A stretch of 63,367 nucleotides of DNA, the filler included, from Stramenopiles sp. TOSAG23-3 (lineage: Eukaryota): NCBI GenBank assembly GCA_900128585.1. It is 12 parts of 12 records of this genome, joined end to end, with 100 filler letters (N's around TTAATTAATTAA, not from the genome) between each part and the next. Parts side by side here need not be neighbours in the genome. Positions count along the whole stretch, not along the records: positions 39,983 to 46,530 come from LT643293.1; positions 46,631 to 53,174 come from LT643294.1; positions 53,275 to 59,818 come from LT643295.1; 9 more parts are not named here. One strand, written 5' to 3'. Positions within the stretch are counted from its first letter, which is position 1, and every line of letters starts with the position of its first letter. Below, piece by piece: positions 44,733 through 56,904 of the stretch. The notes below the pieces were generated by a model. The model did not search any database and was not told the origin of the DNA. It worked only from the letters and a program-made list of their open reading frames with translations. A program made the translations under genes and the position numbers.

Positions 44733-46190
44733 GTTCCTTGGTCAATATCACTTGCAAGTAACGCAGTTAAACAATTAAAGAAAAATTGAAAAGCAGAGCG
44801 AAAGGGGAATTTGGTGGGGAATACAACGTCACTTGTATCCAAATAGTATACCACAGACAGAAGAGTTCCGAGCCTTGAAAAGTTTCAGGGTCCAGTGAAT
44901 AGAGTATAGTAACACTTCGTGAAAACAAAAACTAAAGCTGGTTCGGTCGTTAAATTTCATAATAAATAATAAAAAATATAATAAATAATAATAATAATAA
45001 TTTTAACCGCTACATCTTTCTTAGCTGGTAGACAAGAATGAACAGGTAGACAACTAGGAGGATTATAGACGACACTTACGACACTTAATAATGAAGAAGT
45101 GAATGATGATGAATTGTTCTTGAGTTTGCGCTGTTGGTTGTTGATTGTATAGTGTCTTGTTTTAATATAAGTCTAATAAAATAGTAGGTCGTCTGTATAT
45201 ATATTGGATACACTGTACGAGGAGTCGTCTACGAAGTGTACAATCAATGTAGTAGGAAAAGAAGTAATGGAAGAAAATAGTCGATTTTTGCCCTCCTCGT
45301 TCGTTGTTTTGCTAGGTGTAACCTAACCTAACCTGGGTACCCACCCCTTTTAATCCATTGTACTGTACCACCGCACGCACCGTATCGGTCGGTAGCAACT
45401 ACGAGGCGTCAGCTTCAGCTTCAGCTTCTTCAGCCTAACTAACTCGCATTTCCAAGTTAGTTATTTATTATTGTGATTTTAAACGAATATAAATTGTTGG
45501 AACTTTTTATGAAATTTTTAACCAACGGTAAATCTCAAAAAAATATTTACAATAATCACATTGTCGTTGATGTATTAATAACTTCAGCACGGTACAGAAT
45601 GGGTAATTTTTCAATAAAAGCTCAAGCTTCCTTGCTTTTCACATTTTGTTAACGGCAGCTGCTTGGTGGTGCGTGCGGTGGTGTTCGTTATTTTAATATT
45701 TATGAAAGGTCGTCTACGAGGCGTACGTAATCTAAATAATACAACTGAACAACTGAACAACTAACTGAAAGAAAGTATAAGTAAAATATAATATAAAAGC
45801 AGCAGGTTGGTTGCCAAGTGTATTTGTCGTTTCTTTCACTGCTTGATTATGATCATTTCTATCTAATAATAAAAATTAAAAGTACATACGAACATGCAAG
45901 CAAGCAAAAAGTAACACTTCAGCGTAGACTCCTCGTAGACTAGACTACGAGGTAGACCTACTAGACCAACTCTTTAAATACTGTAATAATAATAATAAAA
46001 TAATAAATATCTTGTAACGTCACACATGTCACATGACAGTTAAACATCTTTTCGGGTAGATTGATTTTGGGAATCGTCTGATATTATACTTGCTATTAGG
46101 TGTACTACGTATTTTATTACACCTCATAGGGTATATCATCCTCACATACAAATATAATACGTTTAACTAAAAAACTGTACCAGAGACCAG

Positions 46191-46262
46191 AGAAAAGAAG
46201 AGAAAAGAAGAGAAAAGAAGAGAAAAGAAGAGAAAAGAAGAGAAAAGAAGAGAAAAGAAGAG
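46191..46262. repeat. (AGAAAAGAAG)7 decamer minisatellite
   Basis: Read directly. Confidence 0.95.
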
Positions 46263-46530
46263 AATCTGAAGAGAAATCTGAAGAGGAAGAGAAGAGAAGA
46301 GAAGAGCGGTTGTACTTTACCGTCTTTTTTATTTGTTGTTGTTGTTGTGGTCTTCTCCATGATAATGCCTTATATTCTGACTTCCTCCAGACGACAACAA
46401 TGTACCTTACCGTACCTGTTATTAATACCCAGCTGGTACAGCAATAGGTTTTTAATAAATCAGCGCCGCCGAACGAACTTATGCTGGCAATTTGGACAGT
46501 GATAGACTTCTACGGATAAGCTGTAATCGG

Positions 46531-46630
46531 NNNNNNNNNNNNNNNNNNNNNNNNNNNNNNNNNNNNNNNNNNNNTTAATTAATTAANNNNNNNNNNNNNN
46601 NNNNNNNNNNNNNNNNNNNNNNNNNNNNNN
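46531..46630. other. Artificial contig linker
   Basis: N44-TTAATTAATTAA-N44. Confidence 0.99.
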
Positions 46631-47058
46631 TTTATTATAATAATAAAAAGTATTTTTTCCTATTTAAACAATACAAAAAGCATATACAATAAAAAATCCT
46701 TTTTTATATTTTTTTTATGGTGTTTTCAGTTGTGTTGCTTGATTTAAATTATATAAAATTATAAAAATAAGATATCATCAAAATAATCTGAGAAGAACCA
46801 AAACCAAAAAAAAAAAAAAAAAACTACTCTTTCTATTATTATTAATGGAATTATTATACAGTTAACTAAGCTTCCCATAGTTGACTAACGATAATGCACA
46901 ACATGCCTAACGGCATGATGATGGTGTCTGAAAGAATACACAAATGGCCAGTTTTAAAATGTGGTAGTGCAATATTAATATTTAAATTATACAAGTGACT
47001 GTATAGATACTTATTTTTAAATGCAAAAGAAGAAACGACAGGACGTGCTAAAGCGTTC

Positions 47059-47904
47059 GTGTTGCACAAGCAAAAACTTATACCTTTCTCAAGTTCGACG
47101 ACCACACAAAACTTGTACAAAGGGTTAACGGAACAATCTGGTCCGTCGCGTTTGTTGCTCTCGCAAGGTGATGCGGGGCAAGGAGGAAGCCAAGGAGGTG
47201 GTGCGCATGCGGTCTCTCTGCCTGCCAGCGCTTACAATAGCTACAAAACAAGTGATTACTTGAACCCGTTTGTATGGTTTGCGGTACCGAGTGTCTTGTT
47301 TGCTATGAGTGCCGTTGTTATCGGGATTATTGTGTTTCAGAAGAAGAAGGCGAACGCAATTGTGCCTGAAATCGCAGAAGAAGTCGACGGAAACGTACCC
47401 GAAGCGGCAATGACAGGCAAGCCAACAAAAGCACTGAGCATCTCTGAAAAATCTGTCGTTCGAAAAAGCTTCATAAAGAAATTCAGTAAAACAGCCGACG
47501 AGACACGATACAACGGGTACTTGCACAAAAAAGCCTCTCGGCACGTGGCCCAAGGGTACCAGCGAAGATACTTTAAGCTAAGCAATTCAGGGAAATTGAC
47601 ATACTCCAAGAGCATTTTTTCCATGCACAATAGTAGTGGACGGGCGACAAAAAAGTCCAAAACATTCTTTTTGGTGAATCCCAATGTTGATAGCCCCACT
47701 ATCCTTGCCCCTGCGTTAGCGGACGATTCGACAGATCTTAAGATAATTTTCTCAAGGTCGAGCGAGGAAAATACGGACAAGCCGGCTAGCAACGGCGACG
47801 AGCGAGAGGTGCTTGAACTGAGAGCAGAAACTGTAAAGGAAGCAAAGCTGTGGAGACATCATATAGAAGAGATTCTTCGACATAAGGCCCTTCGCGAAGA
47901 ATAA
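47059..47904 (+). CDS. Single-pass membrane protein with a C-terminal PH domain; 5' end uncertain (probably spliced)
   Basis: Transmembrane segment FVWFAVPSVLFAMSAVVIGIIVF followed by QKKK. PH pattern GYLHKK...YQRRYFKL...LTYSK...LELRAETVKEAKLWRHHI. No in-frame ATG before the TM segment in this ORF. Confidence 0.8.
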   Translation: MLHKQKLIPFSSSTTTQNLYKGLTEQSGPSRLLLSQGDAGQGGSQGGGAHAVSLPASAYNSYKTSDYLNPFVWFAVPSVLFAMSAVVIGIIVFQKKKANAIVPEIAEEVDGNVPEAAMTGKPTKALSISEKSVVRKSFIKKFSKTADETRYNGYLHKKASRHVAQGYQRRYFKLSNSGKLTYSKSIFSMHNSSGRATKKSKTFFLVNPNVDSPTILAPALADDSTDLKIIFSRSSEENTDKPASNGDEREVLELRAETVKEAKLWRHHIEEILRHKALREE

Positions 47905-48142
47905 TTAATCTCAACCACGAAGTGAAGTTTTAACATTGAGATATTTTAATAACTCTCGTAAAGACTAGAAAGAAAAAAACTTATAATTCAGTTTACTATA
48001 TAATTTGTTTTTTTAATTCAGTTTACATAAGTTGATATGATATCTAAAAGTTTTGCATATGATATATGAGATGATAGCAATTTTTTGCCAATTGGTTATC
48101 TTTATTGTGCACGGCGGCGTATGGTAAAAAATTAAGAGTACT

Positions 48143-50642
48143 TTACCCCGTGTGCGGTGTAAACAAGTATACTATTTCCTCTCCCGGCTCTATTGTTCTT
48201 GTAGCGCGCAAGAACACGTGTGGATAACTAGACTCGGCTAATTCTGCGCAGATCCTAGCATTAACTGCGCCTGGGCCGGGAACGCTACCCGCTTCGAGGT
48301 CATCAGACTTTATGCGTCTAATAAACCTTGAAATATTTCCATACTGCCTTGAGTCCAATGAACAGTTCATAAAAGCCGCATCTTTCTCTGAGGTCAAGAC
48401 CTGAACTAATAAATTGCTTGGCATAGGATTTTTCTCCTCGATCTTTGGGGGCTCGGAAAACAACTGAACCATACTTTTGGTCATGTTTGCTTTCACGTTC
48501 TCCATTCCGACCGCAATAATTGGTTTGCCCGTTTTCAAATCACCTCCTGGAACACTTTCGCGGAGTTCATCGATTTCAACCCGATTGTTCTGCCAATTTC
48601 CCCGTAACCGCAATGAAGTCCTTATGTCTGTTAAACGAAATGCTTTGACGCACTGAGCTTTGGTTTCACTGCCGCAATTTTCAGCCATTTCATCTACTGC
48701 CAATTCTCTCCACAAACCCATATTCTTTATCGGCTGGGAGACGTTTTCACTGGTTTCTTCCGGGCCAGAGTTCCCGAAATCAACCCCTTGGTTTCGAGGG
48801 CCATTCTTCATGGATTTCCGAAAAAACAGGTGAAGTGGCCGTTGTGACATCCGGATCAGTTGGACAACTCGGTCGAAACTTAAATGTTCAGTGTCACGTA
48901 GCCCTACTCCAATCAACTTGTCTCCCGGCCAAACATTTCCACGATGAAATTCGCCTTTGTCGTTGTTGATCTCCGCTATGTATACACCATCAATATTGTT
49001 AAAAGTGCACAAACTTATTCCAAGTTTATCCTTGTGGCAAATGACCGCAGATATTGATCCATGCATCCCAGCCGGTGTGAAATTAATGGGCTTTTCCGCT
49101 TCTGCGGTTTGGGTATTGTGTTTACTGAGCTGCGGGTCTTTGCAATCTGCTTCGTCGGTAACAATCGGGCGGGCACTTCCTCTTTGAGACACCTCGGCGG
49201 CCGTGTCTTTCATTTCCTGCAAAAATACGTCGGCCAAAGACAATACAAAACCGTGCCCTCGGTCGTCTGAATCTTTAATGCTATTTTCTGCTTCTACTTG
49301 GTCGTTTGCTTTGATTTCCCCAACAAACTCCGCAATAGGGACACCTTTTGGGATTGTTGAAGTAGCGCATACACCGCGGATCCAATAATGTTCCCCCCAG
49401 AGCTTTTGGACGGGTTCGCCATTGTTGTTCTCTTTCGCTGTAGCTGGCGAAGAAGAGCCATCCAGCAGTGCCAATCGGTGCACTGTCAGCGCTGCCAATG
49501 CTCGATTTTTGCAAGTCGTGACGTTGCACCGACACTTTGAATTGCACTGGTACTTCAAAACGCCACCTTTTCGAGGCAAGTACAGGCGCCGGTATTTGCA
49601 TGGGCAAAACTCACTAGTCTCACAGTCTAGACAGCTGCAGCACGAAAGTTCTCTAACAGATCTTATAGGGCTAACACCCTGTGCGTAAAACGACTTTGTT
49701 ATGTAATGAAACGAACGCGCGTCTTTCGTAGACGCTTCCTGCAGCACAATGCTGGCAGGAGGGCCGTCGTATTTTCCGCCACTGTAGAAAGTCACCGGCC
49801 ACTCCTCCCTTCCCCTTGAAAAATCGTGTTCAATGGAACGCTCGTCTTTAATAGTTTGGAAGTGGCGATCGCAATGCCATAAGTCCCAAGCGTCTTCTGT
49901 ATCGGCCATTGGTACTGGGCGCCATGACTGCTCTGTTTGTTGCGCACACAAGACGTGCCTATTATTGAGATGGAAGAAAAAAAAAGTCAGATCAGAAAAA
50001 ATATGTCCCTCAGATTGTGTGCAGTGGATGTACTTACGCTGTTGCTTGGCACCTGGGACAGTTGCATGTCATTGTCGCCCCCTTTTCACCACACAAACAA
50101 CACTTGAGGCAACGGCCTCGGCGAACTTCTCTAAGAATATTATACCACACAACACTGTGGTCTCTGTCATCGGGCTGCAAAGATTCAGTGCTACTTTCTG
50201 CTCCCGCTTCCCCCGTCTCCGTAGTGTTACCGCCTGGGCCTTGGGGTGCAATCCCTTGTAAAGGCTTGCCGTCCGATGAACTTACCAGGGGCGGTAACTT
50301 TCTTGCTGGTGCTACACATTTGGAATAAACCTGGGAAGAAAACGCTGCACAGTTTCGATGAATATATGACATTCTGGGTGGTTGAGGAGAGGGCCGTTTC
50401 GCAATAATTAGTGGGTATGGCAGCCAGCCACCAGTCACAATTCCGTTTTCTACAGAATCGTCAGTTTGGTTGCAAAATGCGCAACGCTTCACTAGTTCCG
50501 CGGCGACATTATCATTCTCTGTGTAGAATATATCTACTGCATCAGTAGGGTCAGCACCAACAGCATATGCACCCGCCGATCGTAGCCGTTTGCTACGGTC
50601 CGCAAACCCGCCTTCGCCATTTTTGCTCTTCCTCTTTCGCAT
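48143..50642 (-). CDS. Two-exon gene (50642-50038 + 49958-48143, about 806 aa): extended PHD finger, pre-SET, and SET domain split by a PDZ-containing insert
   Basis: Splicing restores CAFC...HRNC...CCLC...GAT..CNCPRC..TA|HVLC...CDRH (ePHD). Pre-SET CCSC..C....CPC...QCNSKCRC...CKNR. SET-N GVCATSTIPKGVPIAEFVGEI. PDZ KLGISL...GVYIAEI...PGDKLIGVG. SET-C GNISRFI...ATRTIEPGEEI. Confidence 0.88.
49959..50037 (-). other. 79-nt GT-AG spliceosomal intron
   Basis: GC|GTAAGTAC...poly-T tract...AATAATAG|G. It removes a TAA and restores the PHD His-x2-Cys ligands. Confidence 0.9.
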
Positions 50643-51667
50643 GGTGTGTAGATATTGTTTGCCGTTGTCCCGCTGGCCTCTCTTCTTTCGTGCAAATTAT
50701 TTATTATTATTGGTAAATAATTGTTGGCCATGGGAAAAGTGGTGCAAACTCGAACGCATGGATCTAGAAGCATTCGGAGAAGAAATTACCCATTTTTCAA
50801 CAAGATTCATCTTTTGCTTATACACACACGCACTCCCTTCTTCTCGGAGAGAGAGCAGCAGCTCTTCTTCTCTTCTTTTTTTTTTTGCGGCGTCGTATCT
50901 TCTTCATCATTCTTCTTCTTTCTTATAAATATCTACCATGGTATCTCCTCTATTTTTTTTTTTGCAATTTAAAAAAAAGGATAATAATTTAATATTAATA
51001 CTGTACTGTAATTATTTTTTATTAATATTTTATTGATTGACTCCACCTATAAGTGGAATAAGATATATATAGGTAAAAACAAAATATAATTATAAATAAT
51101 ACTTATACTTCTTCATTAACAATATTCTAATTAACTTGTAATAGGAATATATTATAGTAGTCTGTTCTACGATAAAGTACAAATGTATATTCTATGAACA
51201 CTAATATTAATATGAATATGCTCCTCATACCATACTTTTTTTGTATCAGTTGATGGTGGTTTTTTTACGTGCACTACTTTCCGAGACATGGAGGACGACG
51301 GAAGAATTGTTCAAAAAATATGGTTATTTTTATTAATGTAAATATATAATTGATATCATATCCCATATTTATTATTTTAAGACTAAAACGTTAGAGTGTA
51401 ACGAAAAGAAGATAATTATGATTAATATTATTTTATTTTTTTATTATAATGATGATGTAGATATTTTATAAAGCACTTACTTCACTAACAAGAAAACGTG
51501 TGCAAAGAAAGAAACATTTGACTGAATGCAATGGTTTGAAAATTATTGTAAATAAATGAGGTTAAGAAGAACTCCCACATTTAAGTCTTTAGGAAAGATA
51601 GTTGAACATCTCGTCCATGCGATTTCAGTTTATGTATACATAGTCGTCTATAGAAACGAATACAACA

Positions 51668-53174
51668 ATGGAGACGAAGGAAGCAAGTCAGATTGATTTG
51701 CTGGACCAGTACACGGTCACAATCAACAAGAAACCAACCCTGGCCTCACCCCTTGGAGTGAATTTTAACGCCACAAACTCTGGTGCAGTCCAGATCAAAT
51801 CGTTTGCAAGAACTCGGGGAGATTTAACGTTTTTTGAAGCAACGGGGTACTGTGGGCCCGGGGATGTAATCGTTGGAATAAATGAAAAAAGTGTGGTAGG
51901 AAAAAAGTTTGCGAGGGTACAGAAACGACTGGCAAAAGCCTGTGTTCATGCCGATACGAAACCGGTCAAAATAGTATTTACTGTGGTAGAAGGCGAATTT
52001 ATTGCGAAATACAACCCTTCAATGATGACCATCGGTGCTCACATACGCACGGATTCGTTGGGCCATTTCTACTTGAATGAGATGGCAAGCAAGGGTACCG
52101 GCGTTGATTGTCCCGGGCTGTATCCTGGGCTAATAATTCTTAGAGTAAACGGATTTTCCCTCACTGGATTGGGCCGCGACGATGGGATGGCCGTAATAAA
52201 TCAAGGATTTTCTGAGAGCAACATAACAAAAATTCGTTTCGCAGACCCGTCCGTGTCACGAAAATACACTTCATCGGAAACCATGGAGGCTATGCGTAAA
52301 GCGTCAAAAGCAAAAATAGTTGAGAGTGCTAAAACGCACCCAGAAACTGAGACTCCTCCGAACTCCCCCTTTTCTTCCATCCTAATGGACCGCACGCCCC
52401 CGAGTCATAGTGCAAGCAAGCATGCCGGAGGCGCGAGTAAAGAGGTTGACGAAAACCATAAACCACAGAATTCAAAAAGTGAGCAAACACCCGCGAGGCC
52501 GATGGCGGAAAAGCGTGCCCAACGTACTGCTCCACTGAGCCTGCCGTTTCCCTCCCCAAAATCACAGAAACTTGCTTGCAGCGTAGGAGAAAAGGTAAAG
52601 TTTTCCCCGTTTCTCCCTGGGCTGTTGGTCGGTGAAACTGACGAGTTTCTATCCTCTCAAGTTCCCGTAACGTTCGGTCTTTTGCACGTAGAATTGTTAG
52701 AAGGTAAGCGGCTGATCAAAACAAGTATGACGATGGAGAACAAATTTCAGGTGGTTCTTTCATGCGATGGTCAGTACGACCATAGCGGGGTCAACGAAAA
52801 GCCGGCCAGCGCGCCAAAATGGAACGTGGCCAGTAAATTTAGAATCTTTACCCCAGATTCGGAACTTCTTGCGACTATATATAATGCTCCCACGCCAAAC
52901 GAAGACGGTGTTGTAACGAATGACCATTACACAGACCATGTCATAGGAGAAGTCCGGGTCAGAATAAATGACATTACTCATGGGCTACAAGTTCGCAATG
53001 AATTTGCCATCACCCCAGCAGAAGACCAGAAAGCATCCATCCTACCGGGTGCCGCATTGTCTTTGTCCTTGCGGTACGAGCACGTGGCATGCCCTATGGA
53101 ATTTGGGGAGTTCATACCATTAAGAATGAAGTGTAAAACTATCAATTGTGGGTCTACTTCCAAAAATGTTACCC
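51668..53174 (+). CDS. Protein with two PDZ-like domains and a C2 domain; 3'-truncated
   Basis: SPLGVNF...PGDVIVGINEKSV (PDZ) and LYPGLIILRVNGFSL (second PDZ-like). GLLHVELLEGKRL...PKWN...F...VIGEVRVRI...LSLSLRY (C2). Confidence 0.8.
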
Positions 53175-53274
53175 NNNNNNNNNNNNNNNNNNNNNNNNNN
53201 NNNNNNNNNNNNNNNNNNTTAATTAATTAANNNNNNNNNNNNNNNNNNNNNNNNNNNNNNNNNNNNNNNNNNNN
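53175..53274. other. Artificial contig linker
   Basis: N44-TTAATTAATTAA-N44. Confidence 0.99.
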
Positions 53275-54134
53275 GGTGCCAGGAAAAGCCTCGATGCTGC
53301 ATGCTTTTGCCGTTGTTTGAAATTGTTTTTCAAACAAACAACAAAATTTTATAATTATTAATAAATAAAAAACAACAACAACAAACTGCTGTAGTATTTT
53401 GCCCCTACTCTCTTCTTCTTCTTCTACGGAGAGGATTTCGTTAAATATTAATATTATTATTATACGACGAGGAGTACGAGGACCTCGTACGTCCTCGTAG
53501 TTGTTGTTGTTGACTCTTGAACGCTCTTCTTCTTATTATTATTATTATATATAATTATTAATATTGTATTTAAATTATACAGCCTATTTACTACGTAATA
53601 AAAAAAAAATGCAGACTATTTTTCTAATTATTATAATAAAGGAAGGTGGAGACAATCTAAAATAGTACGAGGTGTATTGTATTTACCTTTTGGGAGAAGA
53701 AGCGGAAGAAGAAGAAGGAAAAAAAATTATATAACGGTACTTGGTATAATAAATATAATAATACTACCGGTACCGGTATAATACCACTCTTCTTCGCGAG
53801 TAAACTACGTACGACGAGGAGACTATGATGTAATTATTCGCAAATATTGCTTTGGTGACTACTACACTTTACGTATAATGTGGCAATTGCATGTTTGAAG
53901 AGTGCCAGGAGCCTACTGCTCTTTCACAAAGCCAACAGACATTGTGGTAAAGTTAAACCACCCACAATTGTACGCCCCGCCGAAAATCATCGCCCGTCGG
54001 ACTTACTGCCAAATTCCAGCGTTTTTTTCTAAATCTTTTGCAAGTGCGATGACTCGCACGCTGGCAAAAGTCTGCCTACCTTTCTAGATTGCCCGAAACG
54101 TACACCCAATTAAAGTAATACAGAAAGCAGAACA

Positions 54135-56769
54135 ATGAGTTTGGCCGCACCCCCACATTGGTCAGCATATGTAGACTGGACCAACCAATGCAAAGGGATA
54201 AAGTGGGAGAATGCGGAGAGGGCGACGCCCGACGGACCAGACGAGTTTGTCAGTTACAAGAGCATGCGTGAGTTCCCTACAAAACTTCGGTATTCCTCGG
54301 GGGTTTACGTCAAGGAGATGGACAAAATCGAGATTGAAAACCAAAAGAAAGACTTTGCGTTGCGAAAAAGGGAAGCAGAAAAACTGCTGCTAGAGAACCA
54401 AACCGTGACCGGCGAAACAGAATTGAGACAGAAGAAAAGGTATGAAAAAGCCCGGGATTTCCAGCTTGCCCAGAAGTCCAAGGTTGGGGCAAAAATAATC
54501 ATACCCAACCCCGTGCACGAGAGACTTTTGAAAGCACTCACGGCTTCAGGAATGGAGAAAGAGACCGTGTACCCATCTGCAGAAGAAGAAATACCGTACT
54601 ACCCTTTGCTCTTCACAGAGTCGTCCGACGATGAGTCGGCGGAGGAGGTCTCGGCTACCATGTGGACAGGTTCCATGGAGGATTTGCAAACCTTGTTCCA
54701 GCGCGAAGAAATGCAGAACTTGTCACAAAAGAAGAAATTCAGGTTCGAGTCATCGGATTGGACGGTGCTAAAGGATATATTCCCTCATGTTCGGCCGTTG
54801 TTTCACAAAGTTTCGTACAGTGCAGCGGATAAACTGCTACCCGGTCCTTTGCACATGCACCTCGACGGCGGGGTCTGCCACCTGCTGGAACACCAGCGGG
54901 ATGTTGTGCCCGAACCCCCAGTTCCTGGAACCGTGTACATTTGGCTGACCAGAGACGAGAGCTCGTTGGACGAAGCGGGATTTCTGGGCAGACTGGACAG
55001 GAAAAAGCAAAAAAAAGCAGTGCGAACGCATGCGCCCCCGGTAGAGACTGATTTTTCTGTGACCTACGCGAGGGGATGTTCAACAGCCAACCATGTGGCG
55101 CAAGCTCCCATCAAAGCATTCCCAACGCACCGGCCTGTCGATTGGCGGGTCGTCGAATCTGAGAAAAGTAAATTACAGGCGAAAATCGACGCTTTCGATC
55201 GTGCCTTGACGGAGAAAGAAATTGATGACAAAAGGAAAGTTTTGATGAGCAAAATATCCCAGAGAAAGCGCTGTCGCAGGAACATTGTACAGAAATCTCT
55301 ACCAACGCCGCAGTCAAAATCTTTTCTTGGCAGTATAGATAGCGTCAACCGCATCGCCAAGCGTATTTCGGGCCCATGGTCAAACTCACCCACTCAAGCG
55401 GCGAACCCGGAGGGCCGAGCGCTGCCGTACGGCCAAAAGTTTAGGGCAAAAACGTTGACAAAGATTGATAATATTATTGGGGACGTTGACGTAGCCGACC
55501 AGCACCCAACCGAACTAAAATGGCGAATAGACTTGATCAACGAATCGGTAATGAGAATGTATTACCCAAATTCAAAGCTCCCCCCCCCCCCNNNNNNNNN
55601 NNNNNNNNNNNNNNNNNNNNNNNNNNNNNNNNNNNNNNNNNNNNNNNNNNNNNNNNNNNNNNNNNNNNNNNNNNNNNNNNNNNNNNNNNNNNNCCCCCCC
55701 CCCCACGTCTCCACTGGGCACCAGAATCAAGATGAAGCAGAGGGCCTCGGATGCACCCCGAGCGGGCGGCAGCATACCAATATCACCGTTGTCGAAGAAG
55801 CGGTTGGGCAAACCAACTCGCAGGGGCCACTTGGACCCCGTTAGTGAGGCGCACATGTTCCTTAAGAATTCGAAAAGGAATGCTCACAAAAAATTTCTGG
55901 AAAAGCACCCGGACGCGGCCGAGCTTACGCGGCGATGGCAAAGAAGGGACAATCAATTCTCCGAGGATACGGTGAAGAAGAATTCGCTCCACGAGGCGAA
56001 AAAGGCAGCCCTCAAGGCGGAGCGTGAACGATTGAAAGGAATGGTAGTTGATCACATGAAAGACGTACTGGGGCACATCAAGAAGGAGGTTAAGACGAAG
56101 AAGCGGTTAAAAAAGATGGCACGGCTGGCGCTTGAGAAAGCAAGGAAGAAGGCACTCTTGGCAGCAATTCCGAAACCGCCGCCTCCTCCACCATCGGACT
56201 GGATACCGCACAAGGACCCATGGACCAAGATGACCTACATGCGGCACAAGTTTTGGGGTACCGTTGTGTGGGGAAAGTCTCCCCCAAAGAATTATGCTCT
56301 GCCTGGAGATTTGCTTCGTGCTAGAAAGTACAAGAACACAAACGATTTAACCATGAAAATCTGGAATAGGTACCACCGCATAAACAGCAAAGTCAATGGT
56401 AGCGAAAAGGTTTACTACCATGACACCCAGGACAACTTTTGTTACTCCGAGGAACCAGACGAGGAGGAAATCGAAGCAGCGGAACAGATTCAGTCTGCTA
56501 TTCGCAGGTACCTTTCAATAAAAAGAGTAGACATAATCAGGAAATCATTGGCCGTTGCCCCTCTCCAAGCAAGAACACGAGGATTCCTTCAGCGCAAAAG
56601 ATATCGAGAGAAGAAGAAGAAAACCGCCCTTGTGAACGCAACACGCGACTTTCTGGCGTCTGGCGGAGGAAGGATCAACACGTACGATTCCATTTGGAAG
56701 GTCATTGAAGAGCCAAAACCACCCCCTCCAAAGAAAAAGAAAAAATTTGTCCGAAGGGCGAAGAAATGA
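54135..56769 (+). CDS. Hypothetical protein, probably one gene spanning a poly-C/N gap (55579-55703); C-terminal WW-like and IQ motifs
   Basis: The 5' ORF runs into poly-Pro at the gap. The frame of ORF 55732-56769 is open back to the gap (PPPTSPLGTRIKMKQR). WW-like SDWIPHKDPWTKMTYMRHKFWGTVVWGKSP; IQ motifs IQSAIRRYL and LQARTRGFLQRKR. Confidence 0.7.
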
Positions 56770-56904
56770 GTCGACCGCTTGAACAGCAATTAATTTGTTT
56801 TCATAAATCATACAGCTTATCGATTAATGTATGTACGTACAAAGTTTAGCCAATACTCTCTCATTATTTATTTACAAAATTGTCTCCAGCGCCCAACCAA
56901 GGCT

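Noticed and set aside
45318..45334. TAACCTAACCTAACC as a telomere remnant
   Set aside because: Only three 5-bp units, internal to a contig, and compatible with a simple microsatellite.
46894..47058. In-frame TGA near 46996 upstream of the PH gene as selenocysteine or readthrough
   Set aside because: No SECIS or redox motif is evident; a short intron covering the stop is a simpler explanation.
55694..55844. C-terminus of the 569-aa ORF after the N gap (PPPHVSTGHQ...)
   Set aside because: The frame across an estimated gap is arbitrary; the alternative frame continues into the WW/IQ ORF.
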